63,994 bases of DNA from Planctomycetota bacterium (GTDB lineage: Bacteria; Planctomycetota; UBA1135), in contig RFGR01000061.1 in NCBI GenBank assembly GCA_003696625.1, forward strand, positions 1 through 63,994, written 5' to 3'. Below the pieces are notes generated by a model. That model saw only the letters and a list, made by a program, of their open reading frames with translations. It searched no databases and was not told the origin of the DNA. Every line of letters starts with the position of its first letter. Position 1 is the stretch's first letter. Positions 1-7,745 of this stretch are shown one piece after another. Both the position numbers and the translations under genes were made by a program.

Positions 1-78
1 ACGATCACCCTCGCCGCCGGCGATCGGGTGCGGATCGCCACCCCGGGCGGCGGCGGCTGGGGCCGGAAGCGGGGCTAG
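1..78 (+). CDS. 3' end of hydantoinase B/oxoprolinase family protein (partial)
   Basis: Frame 1 reads TITLAAGDRVRIATPGGGGWGRKRG* with the C-terminal TPGGGG[WY]G motif; TAG at 76-78. Confidence 0.75.
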   Translation, partial: TITLAAGDRVRIATPGGGGWGRKRG

Positions 79-824
79 CCGGCGGCGGGCAGGGTCTCCG
101 GGAGCAGCCGGACGCGGCCGGCGCGGCCGCGGGGCGGCGCCTCCTCGACCGGATAAACCCGCACCGCCAGCAGTTCGATCTCGTCGTCGCCGGCGAGCAG
201 CGGCAACTGGAACAGGCCGACCCGGCCCCGGTCGCCGCCGAGCGCGGCTCGGCAGTCGGCCCTTGCCACCGCCGGCACCTGGACCTGGATGGAGTGCTTG
301 GATCCCGGCAACGCGCACTCTTGGATCACCATCCGCTCGATCTCGCTGCGATGGATGTCGAGGATGGCCGCGAAGCCGCCCTCCTTCGCCTGGTCGACCC
401 GGGCCCCGACCAGCAGACCGGTGCGCAGAGTGGCGACGGTCGGATCGGCCAGCGCCTGCTCCGCCAGGAGGCGGACGGCGTAGTCGGCGACGACGGCGGT
501 CTCGGAGAGGAGCGAGACCGAGGCCGGCTGTCCGGCCAGAACGATCAGGCTCGGCGAGGCGACCAGGCGCCAGTCCTGCGGCCGGTCGAAGGGGGAATCG
601 GCGTCAAGCGGGCCGCGCAGCAGGAGCAGGTCGAGCCGGTACTGGCCGCTGCGGGCGTCGGCCCCGGCGGCGGCCGCGGGCCGCCCGTCGAAACCGTGGT
701 CGAGGACGGACCAGAGATCCTGGCCCGGCCGGAGCGGGGTGCCTGCCCCGGCGGCGGCGCAGGCGGCCGGGACGAGGGCGACGAGAAGCGCCGCGAAGGC
801 GGGGGGGAAAGGGCGGGAGCGCAC
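75..824 (-). CDS. Exported protein with a secretin-C-like segment
   Basis: Hydrophobic N-terminus ending VPAAC; SPSLIVLAGQPASVS..VADY..ADPTV..G..V..R..IQVQVP resembles a secretin C-terminal domain. Start is GTG 824 or as far up as 860. Confidence 0.5.
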   Translation of the reverse strand: MRSRPFPPAFAALLVALVPAACAAAGAGTPLRPGQDLWSVLDHGFDGRPAAAAGADARSGQYRLDLLLLRGPLDADSPFDRPQDWRLVASPSLIVLAGQPASVSLLSETAVVADYAVRLLAEQALADPTVATLRTGLLVGARVDQAKEGGFAAILDIHRSEIERMVIQECALPGSKHSIQVQVPAVARADCRAALGGDRGRVGLFQLPLLAGDDEIELLAVRVYPVEEAPPRGRAGRVRLLPETLPAAG

Positions 825-876
825 GGCCGCCCTAGTCTCGCCGTGCGCTCCGGTTACCACCAGGACGCAGGTCGGC

Positions 877-1644
877 TCAGTAGAGGTGGTCTTCGCCGAG
901 CATGTGGTACTGATCCACCGAGCGGAGCAGCAGGTCGCTCAGGCTCTCGCGGAAGGCGCAGCACTCGAACTTGCAGCCCTTGGCCCGGACCGCCTCGGCG
1001 ACGTCGGCGAAGACGCCGTTGCCGCTGACGACGATGATCACGTCGACCTTCTCGGCGACGCGCAGCATGTCCATCGCCATGCCGAGTTCCCACTCGGCCT
1101 TGCGGGAGCCGTCGAGTCGTTCGATCACTTCGCGCTTCTTGACCTCGAAGCCGCAGTAGCGCAGGTGGTCGAGGAAGCTGACCTGGTCGATGCCCTCGCG
1201 GTCGATGACGTAGGCGATCGCCCGCACCAGCCGTCGGCTGCGGACGCACTGGCGCAGCATCTTGGCGTAGGAGAGGTTGCGGCCGTAGGTCTTCTTCGCC
1301 GAGTGGTACATGTTCTGCACGTCGATGAAGACCGCCACCCGCTGGCGCTTGAGGAAGCCGCCGGGGGAGGCGTAGCCGCCGTTGCTCGGCAGTTGGCCGG
1401 TCGCCGGGTTCAGGTTGAGCTGGCGCCGAAGCCGCCAGACCTCGTCCTTCAGATCGAGGTATTTGTCTTCCAGATCCTCACGCTCGAGTTCTTCGACGTT
1501 CTCGTTCTGGTCGATGAACGGGTGCTCGGTGGCCGGCGGCGCCGGCGTCGGCTTGTGCAGCGGATCCGGGTAGTCGGGCTGGGTCGTGGCCTTCGGCTTC
1601 TCCTCGACATCGCTGTCGGGAGTCAGGGTTTCCTTCTCGGACAT
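877..1644 (-). CDS. NYN (LabA/DUF88, PIN-like) domain protein with acidic N-terminal extension
   Basis: RVAVFIDVQNMY, RAIAY, KAEWELGMAMD, VSGNGVF, SDLLLRSVDQY motifs; typical codon usage. Confidence 0.85.
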   Translation of the reverse strand: MSEKETLTPDSDVEEKPKATTQPDYPDPLHKPTPAPPATEHPFIDQNENVEELEREDLEDKYLDLKDEVWRLRRQLNLNPATGQLPSNGGYASPGGFLKRQRVAVFIDVQNMYHSAKKTYGRNLSYAKMLRQCVRSRRLVRAIAYVIDREGIDQVSFLDHLRYCGFEVKKREVIERLDGSRKAEWELGMAMDMLRVAEKVDVIIVVSGNGVFADVAEAVRAKGCKFECCAFRESLSDLLLRSVDQYHMLGEDHLY

Positions 1645-1725
1645 GGTGGTTTCGGGGTTGAAAGAAAGGCCGTGGGGGATGACGGCCGTCGTGGTCCCGC
1701 CGATAGATACCGGGCGGGAGCCCGG

Positions 1726-1731
1726 ATTATA
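1726..1731 (-). promoter_or_regulatory. Sigma70-type -10 box (TATAAT) for the NYN gene
   Basis: Perfect TATAAT on the minus strand in an AT-rich patch about 80 nt upstream of ATG 1644. Confidence 0.6.
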
Positions 1732-1752
1732 TTGAAAACCGGGCCGGGATCC

Positions 1753-2598
1753 TCAAATCCCGCCGCGTGCGGTCGGTCGCCGGACCTCCGCCGGGGCCGC
1801 GTCCGGGCAGGCGTGGGCCCGGACCACCCGGTCGACCCGGTAGGACTTGTAGTGGCGATCCCGGTGGCAGAAGGCCTCCATGATCAGCGAGGAGCCCCGC
1901 CGGAAGAGGAAGCGCGGCGTCACCCGCAAGGGCACAAGCCTCTGGTCCCGCAGGAGATAGTCGATATCCAGGGCCTCGCCGCGGTCGGCCGCGTCGAGCA
2001 GGAAGCCGATCCGGCCCGAACTCCGGGGCCGATCCGGGGCGTAGCTCGCCAGGGGGCGGCCGCGACCGAGGGCGGCGGCCAGTTCCTCCTCGCCGGCCGA
2101 CTCCAGCAGGTGGAGGGCGAGCCGCCAGGCGTGGCCGGCGTCGTCCAGCGCCCGGTGGTGGCGGCTGGGCGGCAGGCCGAGATCCCGGACCAGATTTTCG
2201 AGGCTGTGCGAACGCCGACGCAGCAGTCGTCGGGAGGCGCGCAGGGTGCACAGGACCCGGTTCTCCGGCACCGGCAGGCGGAGCCGAACGCACTCGGCCG
2301 CGATCATGGCGGCGTCGAAGGCGGCGTTGTGGGCCAGCAGCGGCCGATCGCCGCACCAGGCCAGGAAGCGGGGCAGAACCTCGGCGGCGGTCTCGGCGTC
2401 GGCCACGTCCCGGTCGGTGATGCCGTGGACCCGGACGACCTCGGGCGGGATCGGGCACTCCGGGAAGATCAGGGCCGAGAACCGCTCGGCCACCGCTCGG
2501 CCGCGGATCCGCAGGGCGCCGATCTCGACCAGACGGGCGCCGGGGGGCGCCCCGGTGGTCTCGGTGTCGAGCACGACGAGATCGCGCGGCAGGGCCAT
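1753..2598 (-). CDS. DEDDh 3'-5' exonuclease (DnaQ-like) fused to a C-terminal WYL-like domain
   Basis: DTETTG, AHNAAFD and HRALDDA Exo I-III motifs; C-terminal IDY..LRVTP..MEAFCH..YKSYRVDRV fits the WYL pattern. Confidence 0.85.
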   Translation of the reverse strand: MALPRDLVVLDTETTGAPPGARLVEIGALRIRGRAVAERFSALIFPECPIPPEVVRVHGITDRDVADAETAAEVLPRFLAWCGDRPLLAHNAAFDAAMIAAECVRLRLPVPENRVLCTLRASRRLLRRRSHSLENLVRDLGLPPSRHHRALDDAGHAWRLALHLLESAGEEELAAALGRGRPLASYAPDRPRSSGRIGFLLDAADRGEALDIDYLLRDQRLVPLRVTPRFLFRRGSSLIMEAFCHRDRHYKSYRVDRVVRAHACPDAAPAEVRRPTARGGI

Positions 2599-2609
2599 CG
2601 CCGCCGAGT

Positions 2610-3290
2610 CTAGCAGCAGGCGCCGGCCTCGGTGCGCTCGAGCGCGAAGGGGCGGAGCAGCCAGGTGCCGAGGTAGAAGAACGGCGTGTCGGCCAGCGCG
2701 ACCAGGGCCTTGAACAGCCACAGGTCGAGGACGGTGTCGACGATCCGCTCGCCGCTCCACACCCCGGCGAAGAGGACCAGGACGACCAGGCTGGAATCGA
2801 GGAACTGCGACACCAGGGTCGAGCCGTTGTTGCGCAGCCAGAGGTGCCGTCCGCCGGTCAACCGTTTCCAGAAGTGGAAGAGGCGGATGTCGGCGAACTG
2901 GGCGGCCAGGTAGGCGGTCATCGAGGCCGCCATCACCCGCCAAGCCGAGTGGAACACCCGCTCGTAGGTGGCGTCGTCGACGATCGACCCCTCGACGGCC
3001 GGGAAGCGGGAGCCGAGCCAGAGGACGCCGAGCACGAACAGCGAAACGACGAAGCCGACCTGGACCACCCGGTCGGCCCGCCGGCGACCGTAGATCTCGC
3101 TCAGCAGGTCGGTGACCAGGAAGGTCAGCGGGTAGGGCAGGGCACCGGCCGAGAGGACGAAGGTCTTGAAACCGAGATCGACGGTCAGGAACTTGTTGGC
3201 GACCAGGTTGCAGACGATCAGGGAGCCGAGGAACAGACCGGCGAGGAGGAGATAGACCGCCTCCGAGCGTTCGCGAGGGTCGCCGGTCAC
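2610..3290 (-). CDS. yhhQ: Queuosine precursor transporter (YhhQ/VUT family)
   Basis: Multi-TM; NLVANK, YPLTFLVTDLLSEIYG, AQFADI, LWLRNNGSTLVSQFLD; GTG overlaps the upstream TGA (GTGA). Confidence 0.88.
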   Translation of the reverse strand: MTGDPRERSEAVYLLLAGLFLGSLIVCNLVANKFLTVDLGFKTFVLSAGALPYPLTFLVTDLLSEIYGRRRADRVVQVGFVVSLFVLGVLWLGSRFPAVEGSIVDDATYERVFHSAWRVMAASMTAYLAAQFADIRLFHFWKRLTGGRHLWLRNNGSTLVSQFLDSSLVVLVLFAGVWSGERIVDTVLDLWLFKALVALADTPFFYLGTWLLRPFALERTEAGACC

Positions 3291-4477
3291 TGGGCCGGAT
3301 AGGTGGCCAGGACCCAGGACCGCCAAGCCTCCTCGGCCTGGGCCAGCGTCCAGCCGAACAGATCCTTGAAGGCGGCGCGTTGGGCCGCGTCCAGGTTGCG
3401 GCCGTCGGGCATGCCGCGGGCGTCGCGCCGGGTCTTCAGCCGGGTCAGCCAGGCCGCCATCTTCTGCGGGTGCTCCTCGGCCAAGAACTGGAACTTGGAC
3501 CAGGAGACGAGGTGGTCCGGGAAGTCGAGTTCGGCCAAGGATTTCTTGCGCAGGAACTGGGCGAAGGAGGCGGCGCGGTCCTTCTCGACCAGCTTGCGGA
3601 CCTGGACCGCCCAGTCCTTGGCGGCCTTGCCGACGTCGAAGCTGCCCTCGATGGTGCAAAAGGTGTTGAAGCGATCGTCGAAGGCCCGTTCCGCCCAGTG
3701 GCCGATGCCGGTGTAGATCCAGACCGGCATCTCGTAGGAGTAGTGCATGTAGCCGTTGAGCAGGTTGTGGGCGACGTTGTGGACGACGACCGCGGCCAGG
3801 TGCTTGTCGTGGTGGATGTCCTCGGTCTGGAGGTTGACCCCGAACCACATGCAATCGCGGTCGACGTTGTTCCAGCACTGCGGCTTGAGATAGCCCAGGC
3901 CCCAGGTGTCGACCATGAACTCCCGGTAGGCCGAGGCCTCGGCGAAGACCATGACCTCGTACTTTTCCTTCTCGCCCAGGTAGCGGCCGACGCCGCGCTG
4001 CTCGTTGCGGGCCGGATCGAGGAACTCCTCGTCGCTGGTGCCGACCAGCTCGCAGAAGCGGTCGTAGAGGGCCTCGAGGCGCTCGCCGAGGAGGTGGATC
4101 CGGTACCAGCGGTCGAGGGTCCCCGGTTTCTCCTTGACCAGCGGCCAGCGGTCGCGGAGGGCGGCCAGTTCGGCCCGGTAGGCCTTGACTTCATCCATCG
4201 GGATCTTCCAGGCCGGGAAGTCGCCGAGGATCCGGAAGTGCTCGGTCTCGAGCAGGGTCGGCCGCCAGAGCCCCTGTTCGGCGATCCGGGTGCTGTCGGT
4301 GCGGGCGAAGGGGAACGGGCCGTGGCTCATGCCGTTGGCCGCCAGCACCTCCGGATCGTGGTCACAGAAGGTGCAGCGGTCCTTGCGTCGCTTCGGGCGT
4401 TCGCCCTGGGCCGGCGCCTGGGCGGCCAGGGCGGCGACGAGGCCGAGGACGAGGAGAAGCAGCGCCGGCCGCTTCAC
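3287..4477 (-). CDS. Exported protein with degenerate zincin/peptidase-MA-like motif
   Basis: Signal peptide; CTFC; HNVAH followed by PVWIYTGIGH; GTGA overlap with the upstream gene. Confidence 0.65.
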   Translation of the reverse strand: MKRPALLLLVLGLVAALAAQAPAQGERPKRRKDRCTFCDHDPEVLAANGMSHGPFPFARTDSTRIAEQGLWRPTLLETEHFRILGDFPAWKIPMDEVKAYRAELAALRDRWPLVKEKPGTLDRWYRIHLLGERLEALYDRFCELVGTSDEEFLDPARNEQRGVGRYLGEKEKYEVMVFAEASAYREFMVDTWGLGYLKPQCWNNVDRDCMWFGVNLQTEDIHHDKHLAAVVVHNVAHNLLNGYMHYSYEMPVWIYTGIGHWAERAFDDRFNTFCTIEGSFDVGKAAKDWAVQVRKLVEKDRAASFAQFLRKKSLAELDFPDHLVSWSKFQFLAEEHPQKMAAWLTRLKTRRDARGMPDGRNLDAAQRAAFKDLFGWTLAQAEEAWRSWVLATYPAQ

Positions 4478-5343
4478 CGGATCCGCCCCTCCCACTCGCG
4501 GCTCAGGCGGATGATCTCCATCACCGAGGCCTCGTCCACCGGTTCCTCGCCGGCCAGGGCTCGGCAGGCGTTGATCGCCGCCAGCTTGACCATGTGGTCG
4601 GGGTCGCCGAGCAGCGGCTTGACCGCGCCGAGCTGTGGCTCGGCCCCGACCAGGCCGAACAGGCGCAGCGAGGCCAGCCTGGCCTCGCGGCCCTGGGCGG
4701 CGCGGACCCTGGCCGCGGCCGCGACCGAGAGCGGTCCCCGCTCGATGCCAGCGAAGTCGGCTCGGATCCGGTCGCGGTCGTGGCGCCAGTCTCCGGTCAG
4801 GGCGGCCAGCAGCGGATCGAGAGCGCGCTCATCGCCGCGCAGGGCGAGGCCGCGGGCGGCCTCGTAGGCCTCGCGTCCGCCCGCCTCGGCCTCGGCCAGG
4901 CGGGCGGCCAGGAACTCGACGGCGTCCTCGCGGGCCGAGTCCGCCACCCGCCGGACCAGGTAGATCCGGGCGCCGGCGGCGGTCCGGGCGTCGACCTCCC
5001 GCCAGGCGAGGTCGAGGTCCCGGTCGGACAGGACCCGGTCGAGGACCGCCACGAGGTAGGGCAGGCGCTTCCCGCCGGTCCGGGCCCAGGCCCGCAGCGC
5101 CTCCGGAACCACCCCGGCCCCGAGCCCGATCAGGCCGTCGCGGGCGGCGGCGGCGGTCTCCTCCTTCTTGCCCGAACGGATGTCGTGGAGCCAGCCTCCC
5201 GCCTTCTTGCGGGCGGAGAGCGACAGGCGCGGGAAGGCCCGCCGGCGCTGGTCCTGCCGGGGCGCCGCCTCACGGGCGGCGGGCGCGGGTTCCTGGGGCG
5301 GGAGAGAGGCGGCGGGAAGGGCGAGGAGCAGGGCGGCGATCAT
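4474..5343 (-). CDS. Exported HEAT-repeat protein
   Basis: Signal MIAALLLALPAA; helical repeats AARGLALRGDERALDPLLAAL and LLGDPDHMVKLAAINAC; ATGA overlap. Confidence 0.7.
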   Translation of the reverse strand: MIAALLLALPAASLPPQEPAPAAREAAPRQDQRRRAFPRLSLSARKKAGGWLHDIRSGKKEETAAAARDGLIGLGAGVVPEALRAWARTGGKRLPYLVAVLDRVLSDRDLDLAWREVDARTAAGARIYLVRRVADSAREDAVEFLAARLAEAEAGGREAYEAARGLALRGDERALDPLLAALTGDWRHDRDRIRADFAGIERGPLSVAAAARVRAAQGREARLASLRLFGLVGAEPQLGAVKPLLGDPDHMVKLAAINACRALAGEEPVDEASVMEIIRLSREWEGRIR

Positions 5344-6011
5344 GAATCCCGGGCAAGACGGCCGTCGCGGAAGCGGAAGGGGAGCCGCTCGAGGCGTTCG
5401 GCGGAGCCGGCCAAGGGCAGTGTATTCCAGGCCTCGACCGCCCGCCGCCGGTCCTCCTCGCCGCCGACCGGGATCACGATCCGTCGGACCTGGACCGCGG
5501 CCCGGTTGCGGGGCACCGCGGCCCGGTCGAGGAGCTGGACCAGCTCCCAGCCCTGGATCGTCCGCAGCGGTCCGGCCCACTCGCCGGGCTCGAGGGCGGC
5601 GACGGCCGCCGCGACCCGGCCGCTGCCCAGTTCGAACGGGGTGGGCGCGAAGGGGCCGACCCCGGAGCCGGCGCCGCCCAGGGGCCGGCCGAGGTCGTGT
5701 TCGGCCGCGAGGTCGGCGAAATCCTCGCCGGCGCGCAGGCGGGCGGCCAGGATCTCGGCCTCGCGGCGGGCGGCCTCGCTCGCCGCCGCCAGCTCGTCGT
5801 GGAGGATCCAGGCCGGCCCCCAGCCCCCGTCGAGGATGGCCCAGGCCAGGGAATCCCGGCCCCACTGGGGGAAACTGCCCTTCATTTCGGTCACCGCACG
5901 GTCGATAGCAGGGCCGGGGATCCAGTGGTCCCCGACCGCGATGCCGTCGCCGCGGCCGGCGCAGCCGGCCAGCAGCAGCGGCAGCCACAGGTAGGATGCT
6001 GCGCCTCTCAC
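5340..6011 (-). CDS. Parvulin-type (PpiC) peptidyl-prolyl isomerase-like lipoprotein
   Basis: Lipobox LLAGC; GEDFADLAAEH and LEPGEWAGPLRTIQGWELVQL rotamase motifs. Confidence 0.7.
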   Translation of the reverse strand: MRGAASYLWLPLLLAGCAGRGDGIAVGDHWIPGPAIDRAVTEMKGSFPQWGRDSLAWAILDGGWGPAWILHDELAAASEAARREAEILAARLRAGEDFADLAAEHDLGRPLGGAGSGVGPFAPTPFELGSGRVAAAVAALEPGEWAGPLRTIQGWELVQLLDRAAVPRNRAAVQVRRIVIPVGGEEDRRRAVEAWNTLPLAGSAERLERLPFRFRDGRLARDS

Positions 6012-6076
6012 GGAATGCCATTATCGATCCCGGGTGGCGTCCGTAGAATGCTCCGTTCCGCCGGTTTCCGGAAACC

Positions 6077-7726
6077 ATGAAGACCCACCTCCGCACCCTC
6101 CTCGCCGCCGCTCTGGTGGGCGGCGCGCTCCTCTCCTCTCCGCTCGCCGCGGCCGCGCCCCAGGACCTGCCGATCTCGATCAGCGCCGAGGAGGCCGCCC
6201 GCAAGGGGCCGGACGGCATCCCCTACGGCGAGGACGTCCTCCGCGCCCTGGTCTACACCGCCGGCGCCCAGCAGGTGAACCAGATCGTCACCAGCGCCTT
6301 GATCGAGAGCGAGATCGAGCGCCGGCGCGAGGCCGGGATGCCGGTCGACCATTGCGTCGCCACGCCGGAGGAAATCGACGCCCGCATCGCCTCCCTGCAG
6401 GAGCAGTTCCAGAAGAACAACCCACAGCTCGACTTCTGGACCACCGTCGAGGCGATGGGCAACACCCGCGAGAGCTACCGGAAGGAGATCGAGCGGATGA
6501 TCCTGATCGACAAGCTGTTCTTCCCCGCCGATCCCGAGCGGTGGCCGCTCGACCTGCTGCGGGAGATCTTCGGGCCCAAGGAGCGGCCCGGCGCCCCGCC
6601 GCAGCAAGGCCAGGAGGGCGAAGAGCAGGCGCCGGCGATGACGCCGGACATCATGACCCAGACCGTCATGCCGACCTACGAGGAGGCGAAGCGGGCCAAG
6701 GAGGCGGGTGAGAAGTTCGAGGTCGGCGGCTTCGTCGCCCAGTACGTTCTCCGCCCCGGCGTGCTCCAGTGGCTGCGCCAGAACGCCGAGATCGTCGAGC
6801 CGTTCGACGGCCTGCCGGCCGGCGTCGCCCTGCGCGTGAACGGCCGCGACTTCCGCACCGCCGATCTCGCCGCCGGCATCGCCGACCTGGTCGGCCCGGT
6901 CGAGCGGGAGCGGGCGCGGATGCTGGTCGACACCATCTGGGCGACCGAGAAGGCGCTGGCCGAGAAGGGGGTTCTCCTGACCCCCGAGCAGTGCCGGCAG
7001 CGCATCGCCGAGGAACGGAAGGAGTACGTCAACTCCCCGATCAGCTATGAGCAGATGCAGCTCCAGTTCCTCGGCTATCCGTCGATGGAGGTCTTCCACC
7101 GGATCTACCGGCTGCGCCAGTCCTTCAAGGACCTGATGGGCGAGCCCGCCGCCGACGAACTCCAAGCCCACATCGAACGGCGCAAGAGCTTCCTCGGCCA
7201 GGGCAAGGTGGACGCCGAGGTGATCTACTTCGCCGCCCGCGACATGAAGACCGGCCTCTACCCGAAGGAGGGCGATCCCTTCGCCGAGGCGGAGAAGCGG
7301 GCCCGGCAGGCGGCCGGAGAGCTGGCCGCGGGCGCCGACTGGGCGGCGGTCCTGCTCAAGTACTCCGACCTGCCGGAGGCCTATCCGGGCACCCAGCCGG
7401 GCATGCCGACCCCGAATCGGGGCCGCTTCGGCGCCCTGCCGCGCAACCAGGTCCGCGACTTCCTGGGCGAGAACGACTACTTCGACTTCCTCTATGGAGT
7501 CTCGGTCGGGGATCTGATCTTCTTCGACGCCGAGCCGGGCACGATCTACGGCCCGGTGATGGGGCCGACCGGCTGGTGCATCTACAAGGTCAACCGGCGC
7601 CTCGATCCGGAGGTCGAGATCGACATCGCCAACAACCCGCGCCACGACTACCTCGTGCGGGACGACCTGCTCAACGTCCGCTTCTTCGCCTTCGTCGACG
7701 AGGTGATGAAGGCGCTGGAGGGCTGA
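6077..7726 (+). CDS. SurA/PrsA-like periplasmic chaperone/PPIase
   Basis: Signal peptide; long helical N-region; GADWAAVLLKYSD..GRFG..PGTIYGPVMGPTGWCIYKV parvulin domain. Confidence 0.7.
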   Translation: MKTHLRTLLAAALVGGALLSSPLAAAAPQDLPISISAEEAARKGPDGIPYGEDVLRALVYTAGAQQVNQIVTSALIESEIERRREAGMPVDHCVATPEEIDARIASLQEQFQKNNPQLDFWTTVEAMGNTRESYRKEIERMILIDKLFFPADPERWPLDLLREIFGPKERPGAPPQQGQEGEEQAPAMTPDIMTQTVMPTYEEAKRAKEAGEKFEVGGFVAQYVLRPGVLQWLRQNAEIVEPFDGLPAGVALRVNGRDFRTADLAAGIADLVGPVERERARMLVDTIWATEKALAEKGVLLTPEQCRQRIAEERKEYVNSPISYEQMQLQFLGYPSMEVFHRIYRLRQSFKDLMGEPAADELQAHIERRKSFLGQGKVDAEVIYFAARDMKTGLYPKEGDPFAEAEKRARQAAGELAAGADWAAVLLKYSDLPEAYPGTQPGMPTPNRGRFGALPRNQVRDFLGENDYFDFLYGVSVGDLIFFDAEPGTIYGPVMGPTGWCIYKVNRRLDPEVEIDIANNPRHDYLVRDDLLNVRFFAFVDEVMKALEG

Positions 7727-7745
7727 CCCCACCCCGCCCCGGGCC

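Noticed and set aside
3287-3330. preQ1 riboswitch upstream of yhhQ
   Set aside because: yhhQ overlaps the upstream CDS, so there is no leader, and no preQ1 consensus or A-rich tail is visible
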